Of a DNA stretch of 35,705 bases, positions 1 through 7,854 are shown piece by piece. The position numbers and the translations under genes are program-made. Where the stretch lies: assembly GCA_903925515.1 (NCBI GenBank), contig CAIYFP010000518.1:1-35705 (forward strand), in the 5' to 3' direction. Under the pieces are notes generated by a model that saw only the letters and a program-made list of their open reading frames with translations, did no database searches and was not told the DNA's origin. The stretch's first letter is position 1. Every line of letters begins with the position of its first letter. The DNA is from an uncultured Verrucomicrobiota bacterium (GTDB lineage Bacteria; Verrucomicrobiota; Verrucomicrobiia; Limisphaerales; UBA9464).

Positions 1-139
1 CGTTGTTGCTGGCGCACCTTGGGCTGAGGCTGCCGCGGGGATCGCGGCTGGTGGAAAATGTAGTGGAGAAAACGGGGTGCTGATTTTGGGAAACCCCAGC
101 GAAACCAGTGAAACAGCCCCTACAACTGCGGAACTTGGG
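1..139 (+). mobile_element. Right end of a probable IS1634-family insertion sequence (transposase C-terminus 3-83 plus right terminal repeat ~124-139)
   Basis: Frame 3 reads LLLAHLGLRLPRGSRLVENVVEKTGC* (stop 81-83), resembling the 'LL.LGL.LP...NVV' tails of IS1634-type transposases. It is followed by AACTGCGGAACTTGGG, similar to the terminal repeats I recall for this group. The segment is G-rich on +, unlike the rest of the window. The family call is from memory. Confidence 0.6.
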
Positions 140-350
140 CTCAGGCAAGGGGAGGAAGGGCTTCGCTGAGATCGGCATGGCCGCAGGGGCGATCCTTCCA
201 AAATGCCGCTCGGCGAGGGCTTCCATGGATGGAGCGCCGGGCGAGGCGTCAGGACGGGGCCTGCCCGCCGCGATCTCTCACGGACCAACCCCGAAGCCCC
301 GAGACTTTCAGGGAGCCGCCCCAAGGGCCGCAGCGCGTTGCGCTTGCCAC

Positions 351-429
351 GTCGTGGCTCGCTCCTCGTTGGACACGAAGATTCCCCGGGGCGAAACGCT
401 TGCCATGGCTGGGACACGACACGAGCCGG
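351..429 (+). repeat. Intergenic REP/MITE-like element family 1, copy A
   Basis: The 47-bp core 351-397 matches the reverse complement of 10594-10640 at 42/47. The tail GGGACACGACACGAGCCGG (411-429) nearly matches 10643-10661. Confidence 0.8.
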
Positions 430-442
430 CGCGCAGGCCAGC

Positions 443-1144
443 TCAACCCCTTGGTCCCAGTCCCAATCCCAGCACCGGCTCCAGTCGCCAGTCGATTGCC
501 CCCCGTCCCGCCTCCGCCAGCAATGCGTTCGCCCGCGAAAAGCACCGGCATCCCCGGAACAACCGGGCCGACAACGGCGACGGATGCGCCGCCTCGATCA
601 CCGCATGACGACCCAGCGAGAGCCATCCGGCATGGCGACGCGCGTCGTTGCCCCATAGCACGAACACCACCCGATCCCCCGATCCCGCCACCGCCTTGAG
701 CACCGCCGCCGTCACCGCTTCCCAACCCCGCCCCCGATGCGACCCCGCCTCCCCTGCCCGCACCGACAACACCGTGTTCAGCAACAACACCCCGGACCTC
801 GCCCATGGCAGCAGGCTGCCCTCCTCCGGAATCGGATGCCCCAGGTCCTCCGACCATTCCCGCAGGATGTTTCGCAACGACCCGGGAAGAGGCCGCACCC
901 CGGGAGCCACCGAGAAGCTCAACCCCTCCGCGTGCCCAGGCGTCGGGTACGGGTCCTGCCCAAGGATCACCGCGCGAACCGCCCCCGGCGCAACCTCCTC
1001 CAGCGCCCGAAAAAATCGGGACGGCTCCGGCAAAATCTGCCGCCCCGCCGCCCGCTCCGACTCGACAAGGCTCGCCACCTTGTCCATGGCCCCGTCCGGC
1101 AACTCCACCGCGTCCGCCCACCCCCCGGGCAACGAGAGGGTCAT
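443..1144 (-). CDS. ung: Uracil-DNA glycosylase (family 1)
   Basis: Motifs ILGQDPY, GLSFSV, GVLLLNTVLSV, FVLWG and HPSPLSA. The start overlaps the upstream stop (ATGA at 1141-1144). Confidence 0.95.
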   Translation of the reverse strand: MTLSLPGGWADAVELPDGAMDKVASLVESERAAGRQILPEPSRFFRALEEVAPGAVRAVILGQDPYPTPGHAEGLSFSVAPGVRPLPGSLRNILREWSEDLGHPIPEEGSLLPWARSGVLLLNTVLSVRAGEAGSHRGRGWEAVTAAVLKAVAGSGDRVVFVLWGNDARRHAGWLSLGRHAVIEAAHPSPLSARLFRGCRCFSRANALLAEAGRGAIDWRLEPVLGLGLGPRG

Positions 1145-1797
1145 GCGCTCGCTTCCCCTGCCGCCGCCTCGGGCTCCCCTTCGGACGCCTCGGGTGGTCC
1201 GCTCTCCTCCCCCTTGTCTGCCGGCGACTCCGTCCCCGCGAACTTACATGCCCCGCTGAACAACGCCGTGAACAATCCCCCGCCAAGGAGCGTGTTCCGG
1301 AAAAACGTCCAGGTCTCCGGATAGCCGCCCGTGCCCTTGGTCAACGCCGTGATCCAGCCCGCCAACGTGCGGGTGTACTCCGGGTTGCGGAACGGGTTGA
1401 AGAACCATGCCGCCGTGTTCGTGACCAGGTAGAAAATCAAGGCTCCCAGCACCCCGCCCCCCACCAAGGCCAGCCACCGCGAGCCCGCGCTGAACCGACG
1501 CCCCAGCATCAAGATCCCCGCATACCCAAGGTAATTCATCCCAAGGTACACCATGGACGCCGCCCCCAGCGCTTCCACCCCGCGGTTGAACTGGTAGTGG
1601 CAAAGCAACAACACGTCCGTCACCAGCAACACCCCGAACGTCGCCCCCAACCCTCGTCCCGACCTCAGAAACGCTCCCGCGCAAAACACCAGCCCATACA
1701 CCGCGCTCAGGTTCTCCGGCAGCAATCCCGGCCACCTCATCGCCGCCAGCAACACCATGAAAATCGCCGGCAACCCGGCCTTCAACATCCCCGACAT
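1141..1797 (-). CDS. Multi-TM membrane protein, DUF6580/BtuM-like putative S-component transporter
   Basis: About 5-6 hydrophobic segments. Motifs FYLVTNTAAW, Y.RTLAGWI.ALT.G..GYP.TWTFFRN.LL..LFTALF match what I recall for DUF6580 proteins. Confidence 0.7.
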   Translation of the reverse strand: MSGMLKAGLPAIFMVLLAAMRWPGLLPENLSAVYGLVFCAGAFLRSGRGLGATFGVLLVTDVLLLCHYQFNRGVEALGAASMVYLGMNYLGYAGILMLGRRFSAGSRWLALVGGGVLGALIFYLVTNTAAWFFNPFRNPEYTRTLAGWITALTKGTGGYPETWTFFRNTLLGGGLFTALFSGACKFAGTESPADKGEESGPPEASEGEPEAAAGEASA

Positions 1798-1806
1798 CCC
1801 GCGCCC

Positions 1807-1834
1807 AGACTACGGACCATCCCCAAGGAAGCAA
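1807..1834 (-). promoter_or_regulatory. Putative sigma70 promoter, near-leaderless
   Basis: TTGCTT-N16-TAGTCT, 9 nt before the ATG at 1797; no clear SD. Confidence 0.45.
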
Positions 1835-2055
1835 CCCGCTTCCCCATGGCCCCGCCCGTCAATGTCATTCCCCCCAAAAAAACCCGCTCAAGCATGGGCG
1901 AAGCCCTCAATCTACAACCTCGCGAGCCCCGGCCGGCTGCGTCCCAGCAGGCTCGGGCGACCGATGCGCACCCCGGGGAACCTCCGCAAGCCCCTCGCGA
2001 ACCTCGCACGCTTCCTCGCGCAAGGAGGGGCACGTAACGGGGTCAGATCATCGTG

Positions 2056-2273
2056 GCGGTTGGGCATGAACCCCAGCATGGGCATCCCCGAGACTGCATT
2101 CCTCGCGTCATGACGGCTTGGCGCAAGGACCTCGCCGCTGCATGCATCCCGGAATCCGTGCCCGGGACGGCTCGATCTTTTCCACGCCAAGAGGACCTGT
2201 CTTTTCAACCTACCGTCGGCGCCGCATGAGCGAAAAACCGGGCACTCAGGAACGGCTTGCGCGCGGATCAGGG
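2056..2273 (+). repeat. Intergenic dispersed repeat family 2, copy 1
   Basis: Colinear with 7547-7773, sharing blocks ATGGGCATCC, CCTCGCG, CCGCTGCAT, CGGAATCCGTGC, TTTTCAACC and GATCAGGG. Identity is roughly 70% by eye. Confidence 0.8.
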
Positions 2274-2354
2274 CCCGGGCATGACCCTGGAAGGCGCCCG
2301 TGCGTCCCCCCCGGTTCCCCCATCATGGCATGCGCGGAATCCTGCGTAGCCCGC

Positions 2355-3203
2355 TCAATAGACTCGCACCGGAACCCGGCCTGCTTCACGGGCAAACCGC
2401 GCCACGCTGGACAACTCCGATAGCGAGGCATGGGTCGCACGGCCCGACGCAGCGGGACGCGTCGCCGAATAAACCTGCACGAGCGAGATTTGTACCCCGT
2501 CCCGACGCAGCTTCGCAACAACCCTCCCAAGGGCCTCCTGCTCGCCCATGGGAATCGCCCGGCCATCCAGCCTCGGAACCATCGTCTGCAAGACCAACGG
2601 CCGACGTCGCCCTGCCGCCGTGATGGATGCCAACACGTCCCCGTATCGGGCCCCCTCGCCGTTCACCTCCCGGAACCATCCCGGCGTGCCCGCGTCCAGC
2701 TTCGCCCAGATTTCGTCCTTGGACGTCAGCAACCGCAGGCCGCGCCGCACGCAGGGCTCCTCCAACGCCGCCCCGTTCGTGATCAAGGCCACCTTGAAGA
2801 ACCCATGCCGCCCTTGCGCACGGAGGTGCATCACCGCTTCCATCACCTCCTCGAAGACCGGGCACAGGGTCGGCTCGCCGTTCCCGCTCAACGCGACGTG
2901 ACCCAGCCTCAGGTATTCGGCCGGTGCACCGGCACATCCCGGGATCAACGCCCCGTCCCCCGCGTCGATCTGCTCCATCACCCTCGCCAACTCCGCCATC
3001 ATCGCCGCGATGTCCGGGCGCGACGGCCCCCCTCCCAGCCGGGCCCGGTCCACCTCGCAGTAGGCGCATTGCATGTTGCAACGCCCGTCGGGGTTCAGGT
3101 TCAGCCGGACGGACAACCCGCCCGCCCGCGGCGACACCACCGCCTGAACAGGGCGATTCAACCCCGCCAGCGGCGGGAAGGTTGGGGCGGGTGCCTCGTT
3201 CAT
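2355..3203 (-). CDS. Radical SAM protein (COG0731/TYW1-like Fe-S oxidoreductase)
   Basis: CxxxCxxC motif CNMQCAYC preceded by VSPRAGGLSV.LNLNP; also SGNGEPT, LITN and WAKLDAG. Start set at ATG 3203 (MNEAP); the longer ORF is antisense to galM. Confidence 0.85.
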   Translation of the reverse strand: MNEAPAPTFPPLAGLNRPVQAVVSPRAGGLSVRLNLNPDGRCNMQCAYCEVDRARLGGGPSRPDIAAMMAELARVMEQIDAGDGALIPGCAGAPAEYLRLGHVALSGNGEPTLCPVFEEVMEAVMHLRAQGRHGFFKVALITNGAALEEPCVRRGLRLLTSKDEIWAKLDAGTPGWFREVNGEGARYGDVLASITAAGRRRPLVLQTMVPRLDGRAIPMGEQEALGRVVAKLRRDGVQISLVQVYSATRPAASGRATHASLSELSSVARFAREAGRVPVRVY

Positions 3204-3305
3204 GTCGCAGGAACCTGCGAACCACGCCCCATACCATGCCAACCCATGGTTGCCGCCCGTCGAACGCCGGTTGACCCCATGCCCACGCACGCTCAACGAT
3301 TCCCC

Positions 3306-4424
3306 ATGCGCCTCCCTGCCCTCTGGCTTTCCCTCGTCGCGCTCGCCTGCACCGCGTGCGTCTCGCCCCCTCGTCCCGGCCGCGTCGCGTCCCGTTCGTT
3401 CGGAACCCTGCCCGACGGCCGCGAGGTCCGCATCCACACCCTCGTCAACTCCCGGGGCATGCAACTCAAGGCCATGGACCTCGGCGCCACCCTCACCGAG
3501 GTCGCCGCCCCGGACAGGTCCGGCGTCCTCACCAACATCCTCCTCGGCGCCGACTCCCTGAAGCCCTACCTCGAGGGCTTCCCGGGGGCCGCTTCCGTCA
3601 TCGGACGCTATGCCAACCGCATCAAGGACGCCCAGTTTCCCCTCGACGGCCGCGTCGTCCGCGTGACGCGAAACCATGGCAGGCACCACCTCCACGGCGG
3701 CACCCATGGCTTCGCCTCCATGCTTTGGTCCGCCACGACGGGCTCCACGCCCCGCTCCTCGTTCGTCCGATTCGCCTACCGCAGTCCCGACGGCGAGGAA
3801 GGCTACCCCGGCAACCTCGACGTCTCCGTCACCTACGAGCTCACCGACGACAACGAGGTCCGCATCCTCTACGAGGCCGCCACGGACGCCCCCACCGTCA
3901 TCAACCTGACCAACCACGCCTACTTCAACCTCGCCGGCGGTGGCGACATCCTCGACCACCGGCTCCAGATCCGTAGCAAGGCCGTCTCGAAGGTGGATCG
4001 CGACCTCATCCCCCTTGGCCCCGCGCTTCCCGTGGCGGGCACGGGGCTCGACTTCTCCCGTCCTCGCCCCATCGGCGAACGCATCCGCGACGACTTCGGA
4101 GGTCCCAACGGCTACGACCACAACTACCTCCTCGACGGCCCCTCCGGGCGCCTCCGCCTCGTCGCCCGCGCCGAGCATCCCGGCTCGGGCAGGATCATGG
4201 AATGCCTGACGACCGAGCCATGCCTCCAGCTCTACACCGCCAACCACTTCGGCGGCGGCCCCACGGATCCCCCGGCATGGCGCAAGCATCCCGCCTTCTG
4301 CCTTGAAACCCAGCACGCGCCGGACTCCCCCAATCATCCCGGCTTCCCCTCCACCATCCTCCGGCCCGGCCCCGGCAAGCCGTTCCACTCCACCACCGTC
4401 TTCCGCTTCTCCACCCAGCCATGA
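3306..4424 (+). CDS. galM: Aldose 1-epimerase (mutarotase) with lipoprotein-like signal peptide
   Basis: Motifs GRYANRI, HLHGG, GEEGYPG, NLTNHAYFNL, GYDHNY and CLETQ. The N-terminus MRLPALWLSLVALACTAC looks like a signal peptide. Confidence 0.92.
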   Translation: MRLPALWLSLVALACTACVSPPRPGRVASRSFGTLPDGREVRIHTLVNSRGMQLKAMDLGATLTEVAAPDRSGVLTNILLGADSLKPYLEGFPGAASVIGRYANRIKDAQFPLDGRVVRVTRNHGRHHLHGGTHGFASMLWSATTGSTPRSSFVRFAYRSPDGEEGYPGNLDVSVTYELTDDNEVRILYEAATDAPTVINLTNHAYFNLAGGGDILDHRLQIRSKAVSKVDRDLIPLGPALPVAGTGLDFSRPRPIGERIRDDFGGPNGYDHNYLLDGPSGRLRLVARAEHPGSGRIMECLTTEPCLQLYTANHFGGGPTDPPAWRKHPAFCLETQHAPDSPNHPGFPSTILRPGPGKPFHSTTVFRFSTQP

Positions 4425-5397
4425 ACGCGGCATCGTTCCTGGGCCGCATCCTCGCCGCCGCGAGCCTGCTCGGCCTCGTGCTCCCTCAGCCCTCCCATGG
4501 CTCGGCCCTGAGACCCTTCCAGCCGCATTCTCCATCCCCACCCTCGACCTCTCCTCCGAACGTCAACGCCAGGTCATCGTGGACCGGCAACCCGGCCAGT
4601 ACCTCGGACACCCCACCACCGTCCTCCTCGAGGACAACAAGACCCTCCTCTGCGTCGATCCCGAGGGCCACGGCAAGGGTCCCATCCGCCTCCGGCGAAG
4701 CCCGGACGGCGGCATCGTCGCCATGGCCAGCGTCGTGCCCGTCCGCAGCAAGCCCGGCCATTACTTCGCGTTTTTCCACGACGACGGCCGCTTCATCCGG
4801 GCCCACCGCGAGGTGACCCTGCCCGTCACCTTCACCGTCTATTCCTCCGAATCCAACGACGGCGGCATCACATGGGGCCAGCCGCGTCCGCTCGTCTCGC
4901 GCTCCGACATCCACCTTTGCGAGCCCGGCGTCATCCGGTCTCCCGACGGCCGCGAGCTCGCCATGCTGCTCCGGGAGAACTCGCGCCGACGCAACTCATG
5001 GCTCATGACCTCCCGCGACGAGGGATGCACATGGTCCGAGCCCCGCGAGCTGCCCGCCGCCCTCACCGGCGACCGCCATGTCGCCCGCTACACCCGAGAC
5101 GGCCGTCCCTTCGTCGCGTTCCGGGACATGGCGAGGGAATCCGCCACCAAGGGCGACTGGGTGGCATGGGTGGGCCGGTATCGGGACATCGTCCATGGCA
5201 AGGAAGGCCAATGCCGCGTCCGCCTCATGGACAACCATCATGCCTTCGACTGCGCCTACCCGGCCGTCGAGATCCTCCCAGACGACACGCTGGTGACGAC
5301 GACCTACGGCCACTGGGAACGGGGCGAGCCCCCCTTCATCGTGTCCGTCCGCCTGCGTCTTCACGAATTGGACCAGCGCCTGCAATTGGGCCGTTGA
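4421..5397 (+). pseudogene. Sialidase/BNR (Asp-box) beta-propeller protein, frameshifted near 4505 and probably internally deleted
   Basis: ATG 4421 overlaps the galM stop (ATGA) and encodes a signal peptide, but the BNR body (YLGHPTTVLL, SNDGGITW, SRDEGCTW, DCAYP, TTYGHW) lies in another frame from ~4501. Confidence 0.7.
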
Positions 5398-5404
5398 CCC
5401 CAAG

Positions 5405-5442
5405 GGCGAGGCCAACGGGCGCCCAACCCGCGCCGCCTCGCC
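5405..5442. terminator. GC-rich hairpin between convergent genes
   Basis: GGCGAGGC (5405-5412) pairs with GCCTCGCC (5435-5442), with an inner CGGG/CCCG stem. There is no U-tract, so terminator function is uncertain. Confidence 0.4.
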
Positions 5443-6018
5443 TCACACCCTCTCCGCAAGGGCCGCGCTGCTCGCCGCCATCACCTCGCGATGCAGGCTG
5501 CCGCCGTGGGAATCCATCGTCACCACGGCGGGCAAGCTTTCCACTTCCAGCTCCCAGATCGCCTCCGGCGACCCGAACTTTTCGAGGAAGTACACGTTGC
5601 GCACCCGCTTCACGCACTCCGCAAGGACCTGCGCCGCGCCGCCTACCGCGTGCAGATAGACACACCCATGCTCCTTGCAGGCCGCCAGCGTCCGCTCCCC
5701 CATCCCGCCCTTCCCAATCACCCCGCGCAATCCGAAGTCCCGGATCACCTGCCCTTGGTAGGGCTCCTCCCGAATGGACGTCGTCGGCCCGGCCGCCGTC
5801 ACCTTCCAGCTTCCATCCGGCTCCTTCATCACCACCGGCCCGCAATGATAGATGATCCCGTCCCGCAGGCTCACCCCCTCCGGCAACGCCCCGCCCTCAT
5901 GCAGGTACTTGTGCACGGCGTCGCGCCCCGTGAACACCACGCCCGTGATCGCCACCTCGTCGCCCACCTTCAGCGCGCGCATCGTCTCCTCGGTGAACGG
6001 TGCCTTGAGCTCCTTCAT
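5443..6018 (-). CDS. Class I (Fe-S) fumarate hydratase/tartrate dehydratase, beta subunit
   Basis: Motifs TGRDAVHK, YHCGPV, AGPTTS.REE, IGKGGMG, GSPEAIW and MDSHG. Confidence 0.92.
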   Translation of the reverse strand: MKELKAPFTEETMRALKVGDEVAITGVVFTGRDAVHKYLHEGGALPEGVSLRDGIIYHCGPVVMKEPDGSWKVTAAGPTTSIREEPYQGQVIRDFGLRGVIGKGGMGERTLAACKEHGCVYLHAVGGAAQVLAECVKRVRNVYFLEKFGSPEAIWELEVESLPAVVTMDSHGGSLHREVMAASSAALAERV

Positions 6019-6064
6019 GCCATGGTCCTCGTGTTGGTTTTCCTACGCCTTCGGAGGGTCAGGT

Positions 6065-6943
6065 TCAGTACAGCCAGCCCTCGATCTCGCCACCCGCGCC
6101 CAGCGTCACGCCCTGCCGACGATACGCCCAGCACATGTAGCTGACGCTCACGAAGAACGACGCCGGCACCCGGTTCGCCGCGCAAATCTTCACCCCAAGC
6201 AACGTCGTCCTGCCCCCAAATCCCATCGGCCCGATCCCAAGCTCGTTCGCCGTCCTCAGGATGTCCTGCTCCAGCTCGTCCAGCCTGGGGTCAACGTTCC
6301 GGTCGTCCAGCATGCGAAGGAACTGCTTCTTCGAGTACTCGTAGCCCGTCGCGCGGTCGCCCCCGATGCACACGCCAAGGATCCCCGGCCCACACCCCTT
6401 GCCCTGCGCCTGCAACACCGCGTCAAGGATGACCTTGCGGCATCCGTCGAGGTCCCGGCTCGCCTTCAGCTTCTCCAACGGCAACGAATACTGCGCCCCC
6501 ACGTTCTCGCAGCCCCCGCCCTTCAACACCAACCGCACCTCCGTGCCCGGGCCCCGATGCTGGTGGAAGTGAATCGCCGGCGATCCCGGGCCCACGTTGG
6601 TCCCGTCATTCTCGCCCGTGATCGAATCGACCGAGTTCTGGCGCAGGTAGCCCTTGCGCGTCGCCACCCGGACCGCCTCGCGCGCCGTGTCCTCGAATTC
6701 CAATGGGTCCAAACCCTTGGGCCCGTCCACGTAGAACAGGATGCTGCCCGTGTCCTGGCAGATCGGCTGGGACTTGCGCCTCGCCAACTCGATGTTGCGC
6801 TCCACGATCTTCAGCGCGCTCTCGGCAATCGAGCCCTTCTTCTCGCTTTCCAACGCCGACACCAGCGCCCGGTTCACGTCGTCGGGTATCTCCGCCGACG
6901 TCCGTCGAATCAATTCCACGAGCGATCCCAGCAGTTCTTTCAT
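6065..6943 (-). CDS. Class I (Fe-S) fumarate hydratase/tartrate dehydratase, alpha subunit
   Basis: Motifs PICQDTG, LRQNSVD, KGGGCEN, GKGCGPG, GIGPMGFGG and CWAYRR. Start set at ATG 6943. Confidence 0.92.
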   Translation of the reverse strand: MKELLGSLVELIRRTSAEIPDDVNRALVSALESEKKGSIAESALKIVERNIELARRKSQPICQDTGSILFYVDGPKGLDPLEFEDTAREAVRVATRKGYLRQNSVDSITGENDGTNVGPGSPAIHFHQHRGPGTEVRLVLKGGGCENVGAQYSLPLEKLKASRDLDGCRKVILDAVLQAQGKGCGPGILGVCIGGDRATGYEYSKKQFLRMLDDRNVDPRLDELEQDILRTANELGIGPMGFGGRTTLLGVKICAANRVPASFFVSVSYMCWAYRRQGVTLGAGGEIEGWLY

Positions 6944-6951
6944 CCGCCGAC

Positions 6952-6981
6952 AGGCTACGGACGTCCCAATCTTCCCGTCAA
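6952..6981 (-). promoter_or_regulatory. Putative sigma70 promoter of the fumarase operon, near-leaderless
   Basis: TTGACG-N18-TAGCCT, 8 nt before the ATG at 6943. Confidence 0.55.
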
Positions 6982-7177
6982 CCAGGCCACGGTAGCCCAT
7001 GGCGCCCGATCATTCGTGGAATCTGCCGGGATCATCGATCCCAACCTTGCAGGCAGACCCGTTGCCCAAGGGACATCGCCGGAACGCGGGCTCGATCCAG
7101 CACGGCCATGACGAGGTCAGGAACGCCCCCGGGGACCCGCACGGGCCTTCCAGCACCTCGCCGTGAATGCCGCATGG

Positions 7178-7350
7178 TTCAAGCGGAGACGAGGCAGTTG
7201 GGAGGGAAGTGATTGCGAAGCAGATGCTTGCGCAAGCCGAGGCGTGAGCGAGGCGCGGGCCAGTACCATCCCTGTAACGAGCGAACGACGAAGGATTTGC
7301 GCAAGCAGATCCAGCAAGCACGACCGATCCAACTGCATCGTTCCGGTCAA
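7178..7350. repeat. ~170-nt imperfect rod-like inverted repeat (REPIN/MITE-like or structured RNA)
   Basis: Nested arms: CGAGGCAGTTGG (7190-7201) with CCAACTGCATCG (7329-7340); GTG.TTGC with GCAA.CAC; TGCTTGCGCAA (7225-7235) with TTGCGCAAGCA (7297-7307). Confidence 0.75.
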
Positions 7351-7546
7351 GCTGTCCCGGCTCAACGAGAACCTTGCCGGCGCCACCAAGGGTCTGTGCT
7401 CCTCGCCCGGTCCCCGCCGGCCCACCCCCAGAACAGGCGGCACGCGCGGATTGGGGGCCGTGCCCAAATCCCCATGCAAACAGGAGGCCATCCCTCGATC
7501 CACAACCCCGCGAATCCTCGCAGTCAGCGCGTCAACCTGCGCCCGG

Positions 7547-7773
7547 AACGGATGGGCGCGAACGCCGGGATGGGCATCCGTGAGCCCGCATCCCTCGCGG
7601 CATGGCGGCATGGCGTGAGCAAATCCCCGCTGCATCCAGCTCGGAATCCGTGCATGAGGCGGCCCGGATTCCTTCACCCCAAGACGCCAAGGGAACCCGT
7701 GTTTTCAACCCTCCGTCCGCGCAACGTGAGGCGAGGACCGGTCACCCGGGAACTGCCTGCGCACCGATCAGGG
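7547..7773 (+). repeat. Intergenic dispersed repeat family 2, copy 2
   Basis: Colinear with 2056-2273. Contains an internal inverted pair TGGCGGCATGGCGTGA / TCACCCCAAGACGCCA. Confidence 0.8.
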
Positions 7774-7854
7774 ACCCCGCCTTACCACTTGGCCTTGCAC
7801 CGCCAATGCCGTCATGATGCGCCCCGTTGCCCGGGTTTGAACCCGTTCTGACGC

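Noticed and set aside
1798-2354. Cobalamin riboswitch upstream of the BtuM-like gene
   Set aside because: No B12-box or core GGGAA...GCCACTG motifs seen on the minus strand.
2355-4541. Apparent 728-aa radical SAM and 664-aa GalM N-terminally extended or overlapping ORFs
   Set aside because: Each extension is the antisense of the other gene; the plausible starts are 3203 (-) and 3306 (+).
7117-7851. Short ORFs (151-212 aa) in the fumarase-aspS intergenic region
   Set aside because: They run across the hairpin and repeat elements, lack host codon bias and show no protein motifs.
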